DNA of 64,000 bases from the NCBI GenBank assembly GCA_964604655.1, contig CAZRZY010000005.1, positions 10,031-74,030 on the forward strand, in the 5' to 3' direction. The translations under genes were made by a program, and so were the position numbers. The notes under the pieces were generated by a model. The model did no database searches. It was given only the letters and a program-made list of their open reading frames with translations, and was not told where the DNA came from. Numbering within the stretch: the first letter of the stretch is position 1; every line of letters begins with the position of its first letter. This DNA is from an uncultured Bacteroides sp. GTDB taxonomy: Bacteria > Bacteroidota > Bacteroidia > Bacteroidales > GCA-2748055. Positions 1-8,656 of the stretch are shown one piece after another.

Positions 1-1455
1 ACGCAGGTGTTTCAGTGTCTCCCTGGAGCAGATCTGTTGGTTCAGCACTTCGGGGCGAAATCGTTTGGTGGTCTTGCCATGGGAGCGGAACTCCTCAACG
101 AACATCGGCCTGACCATCTTGCCCTCATTGGCCACTGCATTGTAGAGGGAGAGAATCTGAAGAGGCGTAAGCCGGACTTCGTAGCCGATGGATATCCATG
201 GAAGGGAGACACCGGACCATAGTTCGCTTTCGGGATATTTGATTTCCGGCTCCCCTTCTCCACGGATCTCGATGCCCAGTCGCTGGTTCAACCCCATCTG
301 GTATAACCGGTTGATAAACGCCTCGGGTTTATCGCTGTAATGTTTGTAAACGATCCTGGAGATCCCCACGTTAGAGGAGACCTCAAAAGCACGTCTCACG
401 GAGATCACTCCCAGCCCTTTCTGACCGCTGTCCTCCATTTTCTGTCCGTAGTAGAAGGTGACCCCGTCACCCACATCCACCGTATCATCGGGCTGGACAT
501 GTCCATCCTCCAGCAGTGCGATCATGGAGGCCAGTTTAAAAGTCGAACCCGGCTCGGTACTCTCGCCGATGGCGAAGTTGTAGCTTTCACTGTAGCGTCC
601 ATCCTCATCTCTTGCCAGATTGGCAATGGCCCTTACTTTCCCGGTAGTTACCTCCATCAATACCACTGTCCCGTGATCAGCCTCGTGGCGAAGCAGCTGG
701 GTGTGAAGTGCGTTCTCCGCCACATCCTGCAGGTCCACATCCAGGGTGGTTACAATGTCGATCCCGTCTTCAGGTTCTATCTCGTTGGCATCATTGATAG
801 GCATCCAGATATCTCCCCTTATCTTCCTCATCAGGCGATAGCCTTCCACCCCTTTTAATTCTGTATCATATGCTCCTTCAAGTCCTACCACATTGGGGAG
901 GTCGTCGCTCATGGTATAGCCCACCGTTCTGGCAGCAAGCATCCTGTAAGGCCTCACCCGCCGGTTTTGCTGCACATAGATCACGCCTCCCCTGTAGCGT
1001 CCATGGCGATATACGGGAAAGTTCTTCACTTTCTGTAACTGGGTATAGGTCACATTGCGCTTGACCAGGAAGTACCTCTCTCCCCTCTCTCTGGCCCTTA
1101 CCAGCTGTTGTTTATAGGAAGACCAGTGCCTGTCCTGAAATAGATCCGAGAGTGCCCTGGAAAGACCGTCCACCTCCCGGTCAAAGATCTCACGGGTGAA
1201 GGCCTCGGAACGAAAATCCATCCGTATCTCGTAAAAGGGGACCGACACTGCCAGAAGCCGGCCATCGGCTGAAAAGATATTCCCCCGATTGGGTTCAATC
1301 ACCTTGTGCCGGATAGTGCTGTTCTCCTCCCGCAACCAGATCTCCTTTTCGAAGACCTGCAGATGAAGGGCTTTGCCCAGCACCAGCAACCCCATCAGAA
1401 GCATTCCCAGATATACCAGGGTTGCACGAACCAGTATGTCCTTTTTCAATGACAT
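1..1455 (-). CDS. ftsI: Class B penicillin-binding protein / peptidoglycan transpeptidase FtsI, first 485 codons (3' end lies beyond base 1)
   Basis: Absent from the ORF track because it is open at the window edge. My own minus-strand translation from the ATG at 1455 is stop-free to base 1. It reads MSLKKDILVRATLVYLGMLLMGLLV (membrane anchor), then EPGSTFKLASMIAL (SxxK) and FEVSSNVG (SxN). It starts immediately after the ftsL stop, in the canonical dcw order. Confidence 0.9.
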   Translation of the reverse strand, partial: MSLKKDILVRATLVYLGMLLMGLLVLGKALHLQVFEKEIWLREENSTIRHKVIEPNRGNIFSADGRLLAVSVPFYEIRMDFRSEAFTREIFDREVDGLSRALSDLFQDRHWSSYKQQLVRARERGERYFLVKRNVTYTQLQKVKNFPVYRHGRYRGGVIYVQQNRRVRPYRMLAARTVGYTMSDDLPNVVGLEGAYDTELKGVEGYRLMRKIRGDIWMPINDANEIEPEDGIDIVTTLDVDLQDVAENALHTQLLRHEADHGTVVLMEVTTGKVRAIANLARDEDGRYSESYNFAIGESTEPGSTFKLASMIALLEDGHVQPDDTVDVGDGVTFYYGQKMEDSGQKGLGVISVRRAFEVSSNVGISRIVYKHYSDKPEAFINRLYQMGLNQRLGIEIRGEGEPEIKYPESELWSGVSLPWISIGYEVRLTPLQILSLYNAVANEGKMVRPMFVEEFRSHGKTTKRFRPEVLNQQICSRETLKHLR

Positions 1456-1836
1456 TTACTTTTCCGCTTCTAACAGTTTTTTTGGAGGCTCCAGGTTCTC
1501 CATCAAGCCCAGCTCGTACCTGGACACCATGCGGGCCACCTCCGACTGCCGGCTGATCCTGACCAGGTCGGAGGAGATGGTGATCGACTTTGCCCGCAGT
1601 TCTTTCACATCTGATTGCAGCTGGTTTAGCCGGATCACCGTTTTCTCTGCATGGTTTCTGTTGGCAATGGAAAAGAAGGCGATGGCCACCAGAAGCAGAC
1701 CAAATCGGGCCTGCCTGAGCACAAACCTGCGAGTGAGCACATTCCCGTCCACCAGGTCCCTGACCGAGAAACTTCGTTCCTTCTCTTCCAGGGTGGGATC
1801 AAATTCAATATTTTTCTTTAACATGCTCATTATCAT
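1456..1836 (-). CDS. ftsL: Cell division protein FtsL-like (small bitopic membrane protein)
   Basis: 126 aa with a single TM segment (FGLLLVAIAFFSIA) followed by a coiled region. It lies between rsmH and ftsI and overlaps rsmH by 4 nt. Confidence 0.7.
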   Translation of the reverse strand: MIMSMLKKNIEFDPTLEEKERSFSVRDLVDGNVLTRRFVLRQARFGLLLVAIAFFSIANRNHAEKTVIRLNQLQSDVKELRAKSITISSDLVRISRQSEVARMVSRYELGLMENLEPPKKLLEAEK

Positions 1837-2732
1837 AATTTTTTTGCAATACGCAGCTTGGCACTACGTGCTCTTTTATTCTCTTCCATCTCTTCCCTCG
1901 AAGGAGTAATCACGCTCCGGTTCACCATTCTCCACGGTGTTTGCGGATTTCCGTAAAAGTCTTTCTGAATGGCTCCCTCCAGGTTTCCGGACCGCATGAA
2001 ATTCTTAACGATGCGGTCTTCCAGGGAGTGATAGGTGATCAAAACCAGTCTGCCCCCATCTGCCAAACAGTCGGATGTCTGGAGCAACATCCTCTCCAGG
2101 GAATCGAGTTCCCTGTTCACTTCGATCCGGAGCGACTGATAGACCCTGGCCAGGAATTTACTGGGTTGAGCTTTGGGAATCAGATCAGATAAAGCACTCT
2201 GCAGGTCACCGGTAGTCTGCAGGGGGCGTTCTTCTCTGGCTCTCTCCACAGCGCTTGCCAGTTCCCTGGCTCTGCCCAGCTCCCCATAGAGACGAAAGAT
2301 CCTCGCCAGTTCTCCGGTGGTGGATTGGTTAAGCACCAGAGCGGCAGTCCTGGGATTCCTCCTGTCCATCCGCATATCCAGTTCTGCCTCCGCTCTGAAG
2401 GAGAAGCCCCTGTCCGGCTCATCGATCTGGTGGGAGGAAACCCCAAGGTCGGCCAGGATTCCATCCACTCTTTTCACTTCGAGATAACGAAGAAAACGCC
2501 TGAGATACCTGAAGTTGGCCCCCACAAAAGTGACTCGCTTATCATCCGGAATATTCTGCTCCGCATCCCGGTCCTGGTCAAATGCGATCAACCTGCCATT
2601 CTTTCCCAACATTTTAAGAACTTCCCGGGAGTGACCCCCTCCACCAAAGGTCAGATCTACATAGATTCCCTTCGGTTTGATATCCAGTCCTGCGATGCTT
2701 TCATTCAATAAAACCGGCTTGTGATAGCCCAT
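1833..2732 (-). CDS. rsmH: 16S rRNA (cytosine1402-N4)-methyltransferase RsmH
   Basis: 299 aa. HKPVLLNE N-terminus, DLTFGGGGHS SAM-binding motif, YHSLEDRIVK motif. Lies downstream of mraZ. Confidence 0.95.
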   Translation of the reverse strand: MGYHKPVLLNESIAGLDIKPKGIYVDLTFGGGGHSREVLKMLGKNGRLIAFDQDRDAEQNIPDDKRVTFVGANFRYLRRFLRYLEVKRVDGILADLGVSSHQIDEPDRGFSFRAEAELDMRMDRRNPRTAALVLNQSTTGELARIFRLYGELGRARELASAVERAREERPLQTTGDLQSALSDLIPKAQPSKFLARVYQSLRIEVNRELDSLERMLLQTSDCLADGGRLVLITYHSLEDRIVKNFMRSGNLEGAIQKDFYGNPQTPWRMVNRSVITPSREEMEENKRARSAKLRIAKKL

Positions 2733-3199
2733 TATGCATCTGGTTCATCCATGGATCCTCCCAAAATTTTCTCGGCCATGGCCGCAAAGTCATCATCAGC
2801 ATCGCTGACAGACTTGTATTTATCAGAGGCCCATATCTCAATTTTCCCTGATTGTCCTGCCATCACCACCTCATCTCCGATGGCTGCGTAGTCGAGTAAA
2901 CGCCGGGGAATCAACATCCGGTTGTTGGCATCCAGCGATACCTCGGCAGTTCCCGAGAAAAACATTCTCAGGAATCTGGCGTGCTCCTTATTGTAGGGAT
3001 TGGTACGGGCTCTGATGATCTTATTCTGCCGCTTCCACTCCTCCATCGGATACATGATCAGGCAGTTCTCAAACACATCCCGCTTTAGAACGAACCCTTC
3101 CTGAGCCGCTTCCCGGATCTGCTTTTTGAAAGCAGAAGGAAAGGAGAGCCTGCCTTTGGAATCGAGTTTGACCGTGTAATCTCCAATGAATGTGATCAT
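2732..3199 (-). CDS. mraZ: Division/cell wall cluster transcriptional repressor MraZ
   Basis: 155 aa. The N-terminus GDYTVKLDSKGRLSFPSAFKK and a second half-repeat LDANNRMLIPRRL give the duplicated SpoVT/AbrB-like fold. It is the first gene of the dcw cluster. Confidence 0.95.
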   Translation of the reverse strand: MITFIGDYTVKLDSKGRLSFPSAFKKQIREAAQEGFVLKRDVFENCLIMYPMEEWKRQNKIIRARTNPYNKEHARFLRMFFSGTAEVSLDANNRMLIPRRLLDYAAIGDEVVMAGQSGKIEIWASDKYKSVSDADDDFAAMAEKILGGSMDEPDA

Positions 3200-3237
3200 A
3201 GGGCTTCAGCGGGTTCAGGGGTAAAAATAGTACTTTT

Positions 3238-3282
3238 TCACCACTTTGCACCATTTCATCCCACTTTTTCCCACTTTGTTCA
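3238..3282 (-). promoter_or_regulatory. Candidate MraZ operator: four 10-bp phased direct repeats (minus strand AAAGTGG / AAATGGT)
   Basis: The plus strand reads ccactttgca / ccatttcatc / ccactttttc / ccactttgtt, starting at 3241, 3251, 3261 and 3271. The repeats lie 42-81 nt upstream of the mraZ ATG. The exact 10-bp register matches the direct-repeat operators described for MraZ. Confidence 0.55.
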
Positions 3283-3347
3283 TAACTTTTCACCAATCCC
3301 ACGCAGTTTGCGCTATACGGCGTTTTTTAATTACTTTTGAGTAACGT

Positions 3348-3626
3348 ATGAATGAAAACACGCATAAACAGAATTTCAAACCAATTAGTATCAGGGATTT
3401 ATTTGAAGAGAAGAACCCCTCTCTGGCACGCTGGATCCCCGGTTTCGTATACCGGTTCCTGTCAATAATCCTGAGGATCGATTTTATGATCACCTTTGGT
3501 AAATCCATACTCTACCAGTGGCTTGATGACCGGTTCTGCCCGGAGGAATGGGCAAATAAGATCAGGGAGTTTACTTACGAACTGGCAAATGATCATACCC
3601 ACCAGTTTCCATACAAAAACAGTTGA
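3348..3626 (+). pseudogene. Possible N-terminal remnant of a PlsC-type O-acyltransferase (GlsA/OlsF N-domain-like), 92 codons
   Basis: KPISIRDLFEEKNPSLARWIPGFVYRFLSIILRID resembles the N-termini of Bacteroidota 'hemolysin'/lysophospholipid acyltransferases as I remember them. The ORF stops before any HX4D catalytic block and ends 1 nt before the N-acyltransferase gene. The family call is from memory only. Confidence 0.3.
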
Positions 3627-3627
3627 G

Positions 3628-4650
3628 ATGGCCATGAAACAGATCATTCCACCAGTGCCTCTGGAGATTTTGAAATCGGAGTTGACGCATGACAAGTTTA
3701 TCCGGAAGACCAATAAGGCGGGGAACCGGATCTATATTGTCAACGCCGGGAATTCCCCAAACATCATGCGGGAGATCGGCAGGCTGAGGGAACTCTCCTT
3801 CCGGAACGCCGGAGGGGGCACCGGGCTTGAATGTGATCTGGATGAGTACGATACGGGTAATAATTCCTACCACCAACTGATTGTTTGGGATCCTGACGAG
3901 GAAGCTATCCTGGGAGGTTACCGCTTCTTTGTTTGTAATTCAGGAAATTGTTACCGGGATGGTACAATCCGGCTGGCCACGGCCAAGCTTTTCAATTTCT
4001 CACCACAGTTTATCCAGGACTATCTTCCATTCATGATCGAACTGGGACGCTCCTTTGTGCAGCCGAAATATCAGTCCACCGCATTCCGCCGAAAAGGGAT
4101 ATACGCACTCGATAATCTGTGGGATGGCCTTGGTTCCCTTGTCCTGGACCACCCCAATAAGAAGTACATGTTCGGAAAGGTAACCATGTACCTCCACTAC
4201 CACCAGATGGCAAGAGACATGATCTTGTTTTTTCTTAACAAGTATTTCCCCGACCGGGAGGGATTGGTAACCCCTAAAGAGCCCCTGAAAATGGCGACCG
4301 ACCGTGCCAGACTGACCGCCATTTTCACCGGACAGGGCTACGTGGAGGACTACAAGATCCTTTCCAGGGAAGTCAGGGCATGCGGTGAGAACATCCCCCC
4401 GCTGATCAACGCTTACATGAACCTTTCACCCTCCATGAGAACGTTCGGGACGGTACTGAACAGAACTTTCGGGGATGTGGAGGAGACCGGGATCATGATC
4501 ACGGTCAACGACCTCTACAAGGTAAAAGTGGAGCGTCATGTGCTCAACTATGTACCCAAACAGCTACAGAAGATTAAAAGCATTCGCCGGAGAGATCTGA
4601 AAATCCAGAAATTGATCAGAAGGTTTAATTTCACCAGGCGCTCTTCTTAG
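3628..4650 (+). CDS. GNAT-fold N-acyltransferase of the OlsB/GlsB ('putative hemolysin') family, for amino-acid lipid synthesis
   Basis: The ATG at 3628 gives MAMKQIIPPVPLEILKSELTHDKFIRKTNKAGNRIYIV...REIGRLRELSFRNAGGGTGLECDLDEYD, typical of this family. The longest ORF starts at 3496, but that extension has no family resemblance. Confidence 0.75.
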   Translation: MAMKQIIPPVPLEILKSELTHDKFIRKTNKAGNRIYIVNAGNSPNIMREIGRLRELSFRNAGGGTGLECDLDEYDTGNNSYHQLIVWDPDEEAILGGYRFFVCNSGNCYRDGTIRLATAKLFNFSPQFIQDYLPFMIELGRSFVQPKYQSTAFRRKGIYALDNLWDGLGSLVLDHPNKKYMFGKVTMYLHYHQMARDMILFFLNKYFPDREGLVTPKEPLKMATDRARLTAIFTGQGYVEDYKILSREVRACGENIPPLINAYMNLSPSMRTFGTVLNRTFGDVEETGIMITVNDLYKVKVERHVLNYVPKQLQKIKSIRRRDLKIQKLIRRFNFTRRSS

Positions 4651-4688
4651 GATCACCAGGCGCTCTTCTTAGGATCACCAGGCGCTTT
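4632..4688. repeat. 22-bp tandem duplication (2.6 copies) spanning the stop codon of the N-acyltransferase gene
   Basis: caccaggcgctcttcttaggat occurs at 4632-4653 and 4654-4675, with a partial copy caccaggcgcttt at 4676-4688. Each full copy carries the TAG. Confidence 0.95.
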
Positions 4689-4696
4689 CCAATGGA

Positions 4697-6598
4697 TCAG
4701 TAGGCCCTGCGGTTGACGCCTCTTATGTAGTTCAGAAAAGCGGTGTTCACTACCTTGTTGCCACCTGGTGTGGGATAATCGCCTGTAAAGTACCAGTCTC
4801 CCAGGTCATTGGGGACAGCTTCATGCAGGTTCTCAATGGATTGATATACAATCTTCACCTCCGATTTCACATCAGAATCGGTCAGCATCTCTGAAATCTT
4901 CTCGCTAATCTGTTCTGCGGGAAACGGCCTGTAGATATCCTTCACATAATTGACATAATCTTCCTTCGCCCTTCCCTCCTGCTGACTGCATTTCTTATAC
5001 ACCTCGTTGATCACATGCTCCATCTCATTTTCCTTCAGAAGGGCAATGGCAGCACGGAAGGCAGTAAAATCAACTAGTTTAGCCATATCGATCCCATAAC
5101 AGTCGGGGTACCTGATCTGTGGAGAAGAAGAGACAACAACAATTCGTTTGGGTTCGAGACGATCGAGAATCTTAATAATGCTCTGCTTGAGGGTGGTACC
5201 CCTGACAATGCTGTCATCGATAACCACCAGGTTATCCACGCCCGGACGAATGGTACCGTAGGTGATATCATATACGTGGCTGACCATATCCTTCCTGCCT
5301 TTCTCCTGCGAAATAAACGTTCTAAGTTTCAAATCCTTGATGGCCACTTTTTCCACCCTCGCCCGCCGGGACATGATCTCCAGTACCTGCTCCTGACTGC
5401 ACTCCCCTTTGAACGCTTTCAGCTTCTCCCATTTCTTCTTCAACATATAATCTTCCACCCCTTTGACCATTCCGTAGAAAGCTGATTCGGCCGTATTGGG
5501 GATAAAAGAAAAAACCGTGTTCTCCACCTCATAATCAATCGCCTTCAGGGTATCAGGCACCAGGAGTTCGCCGAGCCTCTTACGCTCCCGGTAGATGTCC
5601 CGGTCACTACCCCTGGAAAAGTAGATCCGCTCAAATGAGCAGGAGCGTTTCGTCTCTGTTTTTCGCACCCTGTCGATTCGTACCTCGCCGCTTTTCTTCA
5701 CGATCAGTGCATGTCCCGGATCCAGTTCCATGACCCTCTCGAAGGGTACATTCATGGCAGTCTGTATGACCGGACGTTCCGAAGTGACGATCACCACCTC
5801 ATCATCGTAGTAGTAAAAGGCCGGCCTGATCCCCCAGGGATCGCGCATGGCAAACAGGTCGCCGTGACCCATCATTCCGGCCACCGTATATCCTCCGTCC
5901 CACCGTTTACTGGCATCGGCCAGGACTTTCGCCACGTCCAAATGCTTCCCGATCTGGTCGGTAATATCCATATTGGTGTACCCTTCCCCCTTAAACCGGT
6001 CAAATAACCGCTGATTCTCATTGTCCAGAAAGTGACCCACCTTTTCGAGCATGGTCACCGTATCGGAGTAGTCTTTGGGGTACTGTCCAAGTTCCACCAG
6101 AGTCTGGAACAGCTCATCCACATTGGTCAGGTTGAAATTCCCCGCAAGTACCAGGTTTCGGGTTCGCCAGTTGTTTTGCCGCATGACCGGGTGCAGGTTA
6201 TCATTGCTGTTCGAACCGAAGGTCCCGTAACGAAGATGACCCAGATACGATTCCGCCACAAAGGGAAGATTTGCTTTGGCCCACACGGGATCATCCACCG
6301 CGTTCTTTTGTTTTCTTTCTGCCTTGCTATAGCTGCCGTAGATTTTCTTAAAGATGTCGTTGATGGCCGTGGGACCGATCTCACGCTGCCTGTTGAAGTA
6401 TTTCTTACCCGGAGGCACATCCAGCTTCAGGCTCACAATTCCGGCTCCATCCTGCCCCCGGTTCCGTTGTTTCTCCATCAACAGGTAGAGTTTTTCAAGG
6501 CCGTACCTCCATGAACCGTAAGTAAGCTGGTAATATTCGAGCGGTTTCCGCAGCCGGAGCAGGGCGATCCCGCACTTATGTTGAATATCGTCGGTCAT
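4697..6598 (-). CDS. purF: Amidophosphoribosyltransferase, long form
   Basis: 633 aa. Short propeptide followed by CGIALLRL (Ntn cysteine), a glutamine amidotransferase type-2 domain, and a PRTase signature VVIDDSIVRGTT. Confidence 0.9.
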   Translation of the reverse strand: MTDDIQHKCGIALLRLRKPLEYYQLTYGSWRYGLEKLYLLMEKQRNRGQDGAGIVSLKLDVPPGKKYFNRQREIGPTAINDIFKKIYGSYSKAERKQKNAVDDPVWAKANLPFVAESYLGHLRYGTFGSNSNDNLHPVMRQNNWRTRNLVLAGNFNLTNVDELFQTLVELGQYPKDYSDTVTMLEKVGHFLDNENQRLFDRFKGEGYTNMDITDQIGKHLDVAKVLADASKRWDGGYTVAGMMGHGDLFAMRDPWGIRPAFYYYDDEVVIVTSERPVIQTAMNVPFERVMELDPGHALIVKKSGEVRIDRVRKTETKRSCSFERIYFSRGSDRDIYRERKRLGELLVPDTLKAIDYEVENTVFSFIPNTAESAFYGMVKGVEDYMLKKKWEKLKAFKGECSQEQVLEIMSRRARVEKVAIKDLKLRTFISQEKGRKDMVSHVYDITYGTIRPGVDNLVVIDDSIVRGTTLKQSIIKILDRLEPKRIVVVSSSPQIRYPDCYGIDMAKLVDFTAFRAAIALLKENEMEHVINEVYKKCSQQEGRAKEDYVNYVKDIYRPFPAEQISEKISEMLTDSDVKSEVKIVYQSIENLHEAVPNDLGDWYFTGDYPTPGGNKVVNTAFLNYIRGVNRRAY

Positions 6599-7050
6599 AA
6601 ATTGATATAGTCCTCTACAATGATGGTATTGGGAAAATTCTTCTTTACCTCATCATACAGTTTCAGTGCCCCGCTGCGTGTTCTGCAATCGCCCACATAT
6701 AGCTTAAAGAAGGGTTCATCATATCTGTTATAAGCATCAATTCCCGGGTAGAGGGACAAAAATCTGGCCCTAACCTTTTGTTGTTCCTCTTTGGCTCCAA
6801 GTCCACTCTCAGAAAAGATCCGGATCCGGTAACCCGGCACCCCTGTCTTGTCCCTGTTACTGAGCAAAAGCTTATAATAATTCTCCTCCAGAAGGGTATC
6901 CAGGTAAATCGCTATGTGCCCCTCATTCTGGTCCTCCATAAGCCTGGTAAGGGGATCACCTTCCATATTCGCATAAGAGCGGTCCTGACCGAATCCTATG
7001 AGAGAGGCTAAAAGGGTAAATATCAAAATAACAAAGGGTTTACGTATCAT
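6595..7050 (-). CDS. SPOR domain-containing protein (peptidoglycan-binding), secreted or anchored
   Basis: Signal-like MIRKPFVILIFTLLASLIGFG. C-terminal YRIRIFSESG...FFKLYVGDCRTRSGALKLYDEVKKNFP matches a SPOR fold pattern. A longer ORF reaches 7080. It overlaps the purF start by 4 nt. Confidence 0.7.
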   Translation of the reverse strand: MIRKPFVILIFTLLASLIGFGQDRSYANMEGDPLTRLMEDQNEGHIAIYLDTLLEENYYKLLLSNRDKTGVPGYRIRIFSESGLGAKEEQQKVRARFLSLYPGIDAYNRYDEPFFKLYVGDCRTRSGALKLYDEVKKNFPNTIIVEDYINL

Positions 7051-7129
7051 CCTGCCAAATTGTGGAACAAAATTAATCAATTTTATATTGCCGGGAATAT
7101 CCGAATAAAAATTTGATTATTTTCACCCC

Positions 7130-7804
7130 ATGCGCCAGAAAGCCAGGGGAAAAGCAAGGAGAACAGAGGTTCTGACAGGATTCATCATTATCCTTGCGGC
7201 TTTCAGTTTTATGGCCTCTCTGCTGATCGATTTCCGGTTTATAAGTCCCTATGGTACAACGGGGGAAGATCTATCCTTCCTTTTTGAGCATACCCAAAAT
7301 CAGCTGGCAAGTGCTGTTTCATGGTTGGTCACCGCTCTTATTACACTGCTGGCTATGCCGTTCTACCTGACAGTCTTCCATCGGAAAACCATCATACTCT
7401 CCTATCTGAATGCGATCCTGGTTCTGGGTGCTTCCGTGGGATTCGTGATGATGGGGATCGCAGGCCTTCAACTGCATCATGCCATGCTGGAGACCATGGC
7501 CAATGAAGAGTTGATGAACGATGAACAAACCCGGATCGCCATCCTGTATATCTTCAGAGACCAGCAGTTATACAGGCATATAGGCAGCAGCTTTCTGGGT
7601 GTGTTTGCATTCGGGCTCAGCCTGACCAGATTCAGAGTCAGAAGATTCCCTTTCTTTTCTGCGCTGCTCTTGTTCGCATCCGGTCCGGTCCTTGTATTTT
7701 TCAGCTGGTACGATCCGGAGCATGTGATCCGCACGGCAGCCATGGCCGGCATGCTGGTGGGAATCCTGATCTTCAGCTCCCGCCTCATCAACAAGGGGAT
7801 GTAA
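7130..7804 (+). CDS. Hypothetical integral membrane protein (about 6 TM)
   Basis: 224 aa, with several hydrophobic segments throughout. No motif I can name with confidence. Confidence 0.55.
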   Translation: MRQKARGKARRTEVLTGFIIILAAFSFMASLLIDFRFISPYGTTGEDLSFLFEHTQNQLASAVSWLVTALITLLAMPFYLTVFHRKTIILSYLNAILVLGASVGFVMMGIAGLQLHHAMLETMANEELMNDEQTRIAILYIFRDQQLYRHIGSSFLGVFAFGLSLTRFRVRRFPFFSALLLFASGPVLVFFSWYDPEHVIRTAAMAGMLVGILIFSSRLINKGM

Positions 7805-7860
7805 CCGTAATATTCGCCTGGCATATGGTATCAGAACCTGAATTTCGTAATGCCCGGGGT

Positions 7861-8046
7861 ACATCCTTCGCATATGGGAGGCAGCATCGCGCACATCCTT
7901 CCTAATGGGTCGAAAGCCTCGCGGTCATCCCTCGCAGAGTTCGCGCACATCCCTCGCAGATGGGAAGGTGCATTCGGCCATATCCCTTGCAATGGGAAGG
8001 CAAACCCCACAAAATTCCTAACAGATGGGTAGACAGCCTGCAGACG
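7861..8046. repeat. Degenerate tandem repeat family A (about 33 bp, 5-6 copies)
   Basis: Units such as acatccttcgcatatgggagg..., acatccctcgcagatgggaagg..., atatcccttgcaatgggaagg..., attcctaacagatgggtag.... The core a[ct]atcc[ct]t[ct]gca..atggg resembles part of the family B unit. Confidence 0.7.
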
Positions 8047-8248
8047 AAACGATAAAGGACCTAAATTATCTGTTTGTTATACTTATTCAGTTGATTATTG
8101 ATATTAAATATTTTTGAAGAGATGTAAATAATACAAAACAACATCTAAAAAGTTTATAGATTGATATTTTACATCCGTGTAGTTTAATTAATTCTCCAAA
8201 AGTGTCGATAAATGTCCGGAATGTGGCAGACCTGAATCTTTCCTGAAC

Positions 8249-8572
8249 GGGATCATGAAAATATCCCTGTGTAAACCCCCTATCAATGGCCTTAGTATCT
8301 TTGTGCAGGTCCCCTATCAATGGCCATGAAAATATCTCTGCGCAGGCCCCCTATCAATAGCCTTGAGTATATCTCTGTGCAGGTCTCCTATCAATAGCCT
8401 TGGGTATATCTTGGCGCAGGTCCCCTATCAATAGCCTTGGGTATATCTTGGCGCAGGCCCCCTATCAATAGCCTTGAGTATATCTCTGTGCGGGTCCCCT
8501 ATCAATAGCCTTGGGTATATCTCTGCGTAGGCCCCCTATCAATAGCCTTGAGTATATCTCTGTGCAGGTCTC
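8249..8572. repeat. 37-bp minisatellite (family B): 8 full copies plus one partial copy
   Basis: ctatcaat[ag]gcc recurs at 8280, 8314, 8351, 8388, 8425, 8462, 8499 and 8536, an exact 37-bp period from the third copy on. The whole unit is conserved, with two alternating variants (..gagtatatctctgtgcagg.. and ..gggtatatcttggcgcagg..). Confidence 0.95.
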
Positions 8573-8656
8573 CCCTTTACCCACAATAACGGGCAATTGG
8601 TATGTCTGTGAGGAACTTATGATTCGTGAATTGTAATCGGTAAATAACACAACTCG

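Noticed and set aside
8249-8572. The 37-bp repeat array could be a CRISPR array.
   Set aside because: The units are directly adjacent, with the whole 37 bp conserved, so there are no unique spacers. No cas genes are in the window, and the period is about half that expected for repeat plus spacer.
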